DNA of 52,734 nt from Verrucomicrobiota bacterium. GTDB lineage: Bacteria > Verrucomicrobiota > Verrucomicrobiia > Opitutales > Seribacteraceae. The position numbers and the translations under genes were made by a program. A model generated the notes under the pieces. The model did not search any database and was not told where the DNA came from. It saw only the letters and a program-made list of their open reading frames with translations. The stretch is taken from assembly GCA_027622665.1 (NCBI GenBank), contig JAQBYT010000030.1:1-52734 (forward strand), read 5' to 3'. Of the stretch, positions 48,299 through 52,734 are shown piece after piece. Position 1 is the stretch's first letter. Every line of letters starts with the position of its first letter.

Positions 48299-49216
48299 AT
48301 GGCAATTACACGGAAAAAGAACCACAAGTCCAATTCCGATCGAAGTTGGCGCAACCTTGTTTCCGATAAACGTCGCCGCCCGATGTCTTCCGTTGCTTGG
48401 CGACGCTCTTTTCTGGGTGTCGGGAAAGTTCTGTTGATCATCGCTCTCCTGGGTGGTTCCGGATACGGTATATGGCTCGTTCGCGAACACTTTCAGCGTA
48501 ACCCCGGTCCTGTCGACCTCACGGGTCCGGCTCTGCCTGTCGACTCTGTGAAATACGCGACCGATGGGGTGTTGAGCCTGAACTCGATCAAGCGCATGCT
48601 CCAAATTCCCGAGAATGCCACTCTCATGGACTTGGAGCTCAAGGACATTCGGAGCAAATTGGAGAGGGATCCGCAAATCGCCTTCGCTCGAGTGCGACGT
48701 CGGTTCCCTTCCACTCTTCAAGTCGAAATCACCGAACACAAGCCGCTCTATCGTCTTTTTATCCGCGCCAAGAAAGGCATTCCCGAAATGTGGCTCGTTT
48801 CGGGCACGGGCGTGATTTACAAAGGCAAAGACTTCCGCAACGCTACTTTGCACGCCTTGCCTTATCTCAATCCCGATCCCGACTTGTTGAAGAAAGACGA
48901 AAAGAACGATTACCAAAGAATTCCTGTGTTAGAGAAGGTTTCGCCGCTTCTGGAGATTGCCCGGAGCGATTTCCCCGAACTGTATCGAGAATGGAAGGTC
49001 GTGTCTTTTCTTCGACCCGATGCCGATGAATCCGATCCCGGAGCCCATATCCTGATTGAATCCAAGGGAGTCAAGGAGATGCGTTTCGCACCTCGAGATT
49101 ATCGGGCCCAACTTCGTCGTCTCAAATACCTTCTTCTGGAACCCGGTTTTCAAAATAACAAAAGCATCGATTCTATCGACCTGTCTCACGGTCGCTCGGT
49201 CTTCGCTCGTTTATGA
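48299..49216 (+). CDS. ftsQ: Cell division protein FtsQ/DivIB
   Basis: Basic N-terminal tail, TM helix, POTRA domain (V.R.FP.TL.V.I.E..P) and C-terminal IDL; position between ddl and ftsA. Confidence 0.85.
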   Translation: MAITRKKNHKSNSDRSWRNLVSDKRRRPMSSVAWRRSFLGVGKVLLIIALLGGSGYGIWLVREHFQRNPGPVDLTGPALPVDSVKYATDGVLSLNSIKRMLQIPENATLMDLELKDIRSKLERDPQIAFARVRRRFPSTLQVEITEHKPLYRLFIRAKKGIPEMWLVSGTGVIYKGKDFRNATLHALPYLNPDPDLLKKDEKNDYQRIPVLEKVSPLLEIARSDFPELYREWKVVSFLRPDADESDPGAHILIESKGVKEMRFAPRDYRAQLRRLKYLLLEPGFQNNKSIDSIDLSHGRSVFARL

Positions 49217-49273
49217 ACCTCTGACATTTGTCCTGAAACTGGCCCAAGCCATTAAATAAACCTAAATTCGCCC

Positions 49274-50479
49274 ATGAGCAAGATTCTCGGAGCCGTAGAA
49301 ATTGGAACCCATAAGGCCAAGGCGATGGTTGGCGTACTTTCTCCTGCCGGCGATCTCAACATCGTCGCTGCTGCAAGCGTCGGGAACGAGGGCGTGCGCA
49401 AAGGCGAAATCGTCGATTACCGGAAGGCTGCCTCTGCCGTCCATGCCGCGATTGAGGAAGCCGAGAAGGCCGCGGGTGCAAAAATCGACGAGGTTTACCT
49501 TGCCCAGACCGGGTCGCATTTAAGGGGGACTCAACTTCGAGGCAGCTCTTCCACCGCCGCTTCCGACAATCGGGTGGAGTTTTCCGATGTCGAGCGCGCA
49601 TCGGAGGAGGCCAAACGCAAGCAACCCGAGGAAGGTCGCTGTTTCGTCCACCACGTGCGTTCTCCCATTTTGCTCGACGATCGGATCGTCGAAGATCCCA
49701 TAGGCATGTGCGGCTCGTCCATCGGGATCGGATACTGGGCCATCGAAGGCGACAACAATACCATCAAGGAAGCCGTTAACATCATTGACGGTTACGGCCG
49801 CCTCCCAATTTCCGATCTTTTTGTTTCGTCCATTGCCTCGGGGGCCATCGTGGCGGGGGCCGACCTTCAGCAGTCGGGCGTACTCGTCGTGGACATTGGG
49901 GCCGGAGTCACCGATTATGTTCTGTATCGGCACGGTCACATTGCGGCTACGGGGGTAGTGTGCGTGGGCGGAGATCACATAAGCGGAGATTTGAGCATGG
50001 GCCTTCGCATCCTCGAGCCTTATGCCGAAGATATCAAGATCGAGCACGGTAAGGCCATGGTTGATGAGTCCGATGCCGAAGAGGATGTGTGGCTCATCGG
50101 CAACAAGACGATCGGCGACCGCACCGTCTCACGGAAATCCATTTGCCAAGTCATCAACGCGAGGGTGGTCGAGCTTTTCGAAATCATCGGCAAGGAAATC
50201 GGCCCCTTGCTGGATCCCGACATGGTCGCCTCTGGTGTTTTGCTGACCGGCGGCGGGTCACTTCTTCCGGGAATTGACCGTGTGGCGGAAAATGTCTTGG
50301 GGCTTCGCACCGAAAAAGCCTCGTTCCCCTCCGGAATCGAGGGCGACCTCGCCCATCCCGGAAATGCCACAGTGCTGGGCCTCCTGCACTACGGGCTCAA
50401 GGACAGCGCAGTCCCTGCCGAAGGCAACGGATCGGACGGCTTGTTCCAAAAACTCGTTCACCTCGTCGGAATGAATTGA
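49274..50479 (+). CDS. ftsA: Cell division protein FtsA
   Basis: EIGT.K, G..KGEI.D, VVDIGAG.TD, GGDHI..DL, LTGGGS.L.G and a C-terminal amphipathic helix (LFQKLVHL). Confidence 0.95.
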   Translation: MSKILGAVEIGTHKAKAMVGVLSPAGDLNIVAAASVGNEGVRKGEIVDYRKAASAVHAAIEEAEKAAGAKIDEVYLAQTGSHLRGTQLRGSSSTAASDNRVEFSDVERASEEAKRKQPEEGRCFVHHVRSPILLDDRIVEDPIGMCGSSIGIGYWAIEGDNNTIKEAVNIIDGYGRLPISDLFVSSIASGAIVAGADLQQSGVLVVDIGAGVTDYVLYRHGHIAATGVVCVGGDHISGDLSMGLRILEPYAEDIKIEHGKAMVDESDAEEDVWLIGNKTIGDRTVSRKSICQVINARVVELFEIIGKEIGPLLDPDMVASGVLLTGGGSLLPGIDRVAENVLGLRTEKASFPSGIEGDLAHPGNATVLGLLHYGLKDSAVPAEGNGSDGLFQKLVHLVGMN

Positions 50480-50563
50480 TGTGTCCAACTTCATCGAAAT
50501 CCAATCTTCACAGACTCTTTTGAAACGGTAAGCAATAGATAAAACCAACTACCCATCACTCCC

Positions 50564-51856
50564 ATGTCACAGCAAACCATGTTCTCGTCCGGTTCCTTTC
50601 AATCCGATTCCAACTCCTCTGTGCGAGCCAAGATATTCGGTATTGGCGGGGCGGGGGTTAGCTTGGTGGATGGTCTTTGCCTCGATGGGTTTGACGCTGT
50701 ACACACCATCGCGATCGACGTCGACGCCGACGTCCTTTCCGATTGCATTGCCTCCGAAAAGCTTCCTATTGGCCGACGTCTTACTCGCGGCATGGGCACG
50801 GGCGGTGAAGTTTCCCTCGGTCGAAAGGCCGTGGAGGAGGACCGCGATCTCATTCGCAAGAATCTCGATGGTGTGGATCTGGTATTTCTTCTCGCCGGCC
50901 TTGGTGGTGGAACCGGAGGTGGGGCCGCTCCCGCCATCGCCAAGCTCGCTCGTGAGTCCGGTGCCCTCGTGTTCGCCTTCACTCCCTTGCCCTTTAGCTG
51001 GGAAAAGCAGCGGCACCAAATGGCGGCCGACGCCTTGGCCGAGCTTCGCAAGTTCGCCAATGCCGTAATTCCTCTTCCCAACGACTCCCTCATTCAGATC
51101 GGTGGGGCAGACGCCACCGCACTCGAATGTTTCGCCCAAGCGGGCATGAACGTAAGTCGCGGCATCTCCGCCATTTGCTCCCTCGTTTTTCGCAAGGGCA
51201 TGATCGACGTCGATTTCGCGCACCTTCGCAAGGCCTTCACCCTCCGATCCGGTCGCACCCTCTTCGGCTATGGGGAAGGGCAGGGTCCGGATGCCATCAG
51301 GCACGCCCTCCGGGATCTCTTGCTTTGCCCCATGCTGCATTTGCCCGATGTCTCACGCGCTGCAGACGTTCTCCTCATCACCGTCAACGGTGGTCCCGAT
51401 ATGAACATGACCGCCCTTCAGCAAGTGGCCGGCAGCATACGCGAGGAATTCAGGGCGGGCGAACACGTCGTGTTCGGCGCCCACGTCGACGAGAACATGG
51501 GCGATCGCGTGGAAATCTGCGTGCTCGGAGCCACCGACCTCGAGGCCGGCATACCTACCGCCGACGTCGCCCCCACCGCCGATCCCGGCCTTACCACTTC
51601 TCCCAAGGCCATGTCACCCAAACCCGTTTCCCGCGCCCATGCATCCAAGCTCAAACGTGAAACCGCCGCAGCCAAGAAAAAGGCAAAAAAACAAAAGACC
51701 CTTGCCCACGCACCCGACGACCAAGAATTCTTCGACTTTATGCAGACCGAGAACCAGCGCGGAATCTTCGGCGACCAAGGAAAGCGAAACCTGTACGATG
51801 GCGAAGACCTCGATGTCCCCACTTACCTCCGAAAAGGCATAAAGATCGAAGTCTAG
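50564..51856 (+). CDS. ftsZ: Cell division protein FtsZ (divergent)
   Basis: GIGGAG, TRGMGTGG, AGLGGGTGGG, PF..E and C-terminal core DLDVPTYLR; T7 loop is altered (DVDFAH). Confidence 0.93.
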   Translation: MSQQTMFSSGSFQSDSNSSVRAKIFGIGGAGVSLVDGLCLDGFDAVHTIAIDVDADVLSDCIASEKLPIGRRLTRGMGTGGEVSLGRKAVEEDRDLIRKNLDGVDLVFLLAGLGGGTGGGAAPAIAKLARESGALVFAFTPLPFSWEKQRHQMAADALAELRKFANAVIPLPNDSLIQIGGADATALECFAQAGMNVSRGISAICSLVFRKGMIDVDFAHLRKAFTLRSGRTLFGYGEGQGPDAIRHALRDLLLCPMLHLPDVSRAADVLLITVNGGPDMNMTALQQVAGSIREEFRAGEHVVFGAHVDENMGDRVEICVLGATDLEAGIPTADVAPTADPGLTTSPKAMSPKPVSRAHASKLKRETAAAKKKAKKQKTLAHAPDDQEFFDFMQTENQRGIFGDQGKRNLYDGEDLDVPTYLRKGIKIEV

Positions 51857-51866
51857 TCCGGTCCGC

Positions 51867-51894
51867 GGGATGGGTTTCCCACTATCCCTGTTTT
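51867..51894 (+). terminator. Possible intrinsic terminator after ftsZ
   Basis: Bulged hairpin GGGATGGG-TTT-CCC(ACT)ATCCC followed by TGTTTT. Confidence 0.3.
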
Positions 51895-52362
51895 CATTTG
51901 CATCGGGACTTTTCGCCAATGTCCGGTCGCGCTTTCTTATGTCTATTTCAAGAGCTATAATTGACTTGAAGTCATAGTATGAAATGTATTTGATTATTTA
52001 AGTAATATCATTAGGTTAGGTTAATTCCTCTCCCATGCGTTCCTTATCCTTTTTGTTTAACCCATCCCGACTTGCCGCAGGCTTGTCGCTTTTTCTCGCG
52101 ACTGGGGCCGTTTCCCTCTACCCGCACCAAGCTAGTTTCTTTCTGGGGTTCAGCCTGAAAACCCTTTCTTCTGAAGCATAATGGCAATAAGAATGGCAAT
52201 AAGTTCCAGGATGTTCGTAGACGTTCATGTATGTATGAGAGGGGTTTCTTTAATCTTATGCGGTTGCTTCTTTTACCTTGTGTACCTTTTGTCATTTACT
52301 GAGAGTAAAATGTCACCTTTCTTTCCATATCCCTTACCGCAAAACCTACAACTCCTTCAGTT

Positions 52363-52734
52363 ATGAAATCGCCTCCCGTTCGCTTCCTTCCGCTCCTCGC
52401 GGTTTGGGCTGCCGGGCTGATGGCGGCTAGTGGGTCTTATGCCAACTTCGCCGACCACAGCCTCTTCCTGAAGTCCGACGGCAGCCTCCACGCCATGGGC
52501 CGGAACACCTTCGGCCAGCTCGGCGACGGCACCACGACCAATAGAAACACCCCCGTGCAGGTCGTCTCATCCGGCGTCACCCAAATCGCCGCAGGCCAAG
52601 ACCACAGCCTCTTCCTGAAGTCCGACGGCAGCCTCCACGCCATGGGCGGGAACGCCTACGGCCGGCTCGGCGACGGCACCACGACCAATAGAACCTCCCC
52701 CGTCCAGGTCGTCTCGTCCGGCGTCACCCAAATC
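52363..52734 (+). CDS. Secreted RCC1/BLIP-II-like beta-propeller repeat protein (5' part only; runs off the window; absent from the ORF track)
   Basis: Signal peptide [27 protein letters not shown], then repeats of [42 protein letters not shown]. Confidence 0.9.
   Translation, partial: MKSPPVRFLPLLAVWAAGLMAASGSYANFADHSLFLKSDGSLHAMGRNTFGQLGDGTTTNRNTPVQVVSSGVTQIAAGQDHSLFLKSDGSLHAMGGNAYGRLGDGTTTNRTSPVQVVSSGVTQI
52453..52734 (+). repeat. 147-bp near-identical intragenic tandem repeat (49-aa RCC1 units)
   Basis: gaccacagcctcttcctgaagtccgacggcagcctccacgccatgggc starts at both 52453 and 52600; 8 mismatches over the 135 nt that can be aligned. Confidence 0.95.

Noticed and set aside
52044..52366. 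Short ORFs in the AT-rich spacer after ftsZ
   Set aside because: Atypical composition, no motifs and no RBS support.

Overview
A compact, mostly housekeeping chromosomal segment, most likely from a Verrucomicrobiota (Opitutia-like) bacterium. This assignment is inferred from a MurC-MurB fusion, a LysM gene between murD and ftsW, a divergent FtsZ and a system II cytochrome c biogenesis cluster. In order, the window holds: a cluster of palindromic REP/RPE-like repeats (1-518); a small hypothetical gene; dnaE; rpsU; a two-gene module encoding a TPR-S(DUF4071)-SLOG-class III nucleotide cyclase and a TIR-FGE-sulfatase-domain protein; lysS; ccsA/resB-like genes; ychF; tRNA-His; a doubly frameshifted rhamnulokinase; an esterase; a phnDCE-like ABC transporter with a Fur-like operator; waaA, trpA, miaA and nadK; a membrane pseudokinase, a lipoprotein and a PpiD-like chaperone; tlyA; a complete dcw cluster (mraZ to ftsZ); and the start of a secreted RCC1-repeat protein. 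There are two best candidates for novelty. The first is the TIR-FGS plus TPR-S-SLOG-cyclase pair, a possible Thoeris/Pycsar-like nucleotide signalling or immunity module whose cyclase has non-canonical base-specifying residues. The second is a marked accumulation of Campylobacter-type D/E-X-N-X-S/T sequons in exported proteins, suggesting a PglB-type N-glycosylation system. All calls come from motif recognition by eye; no searches were run.
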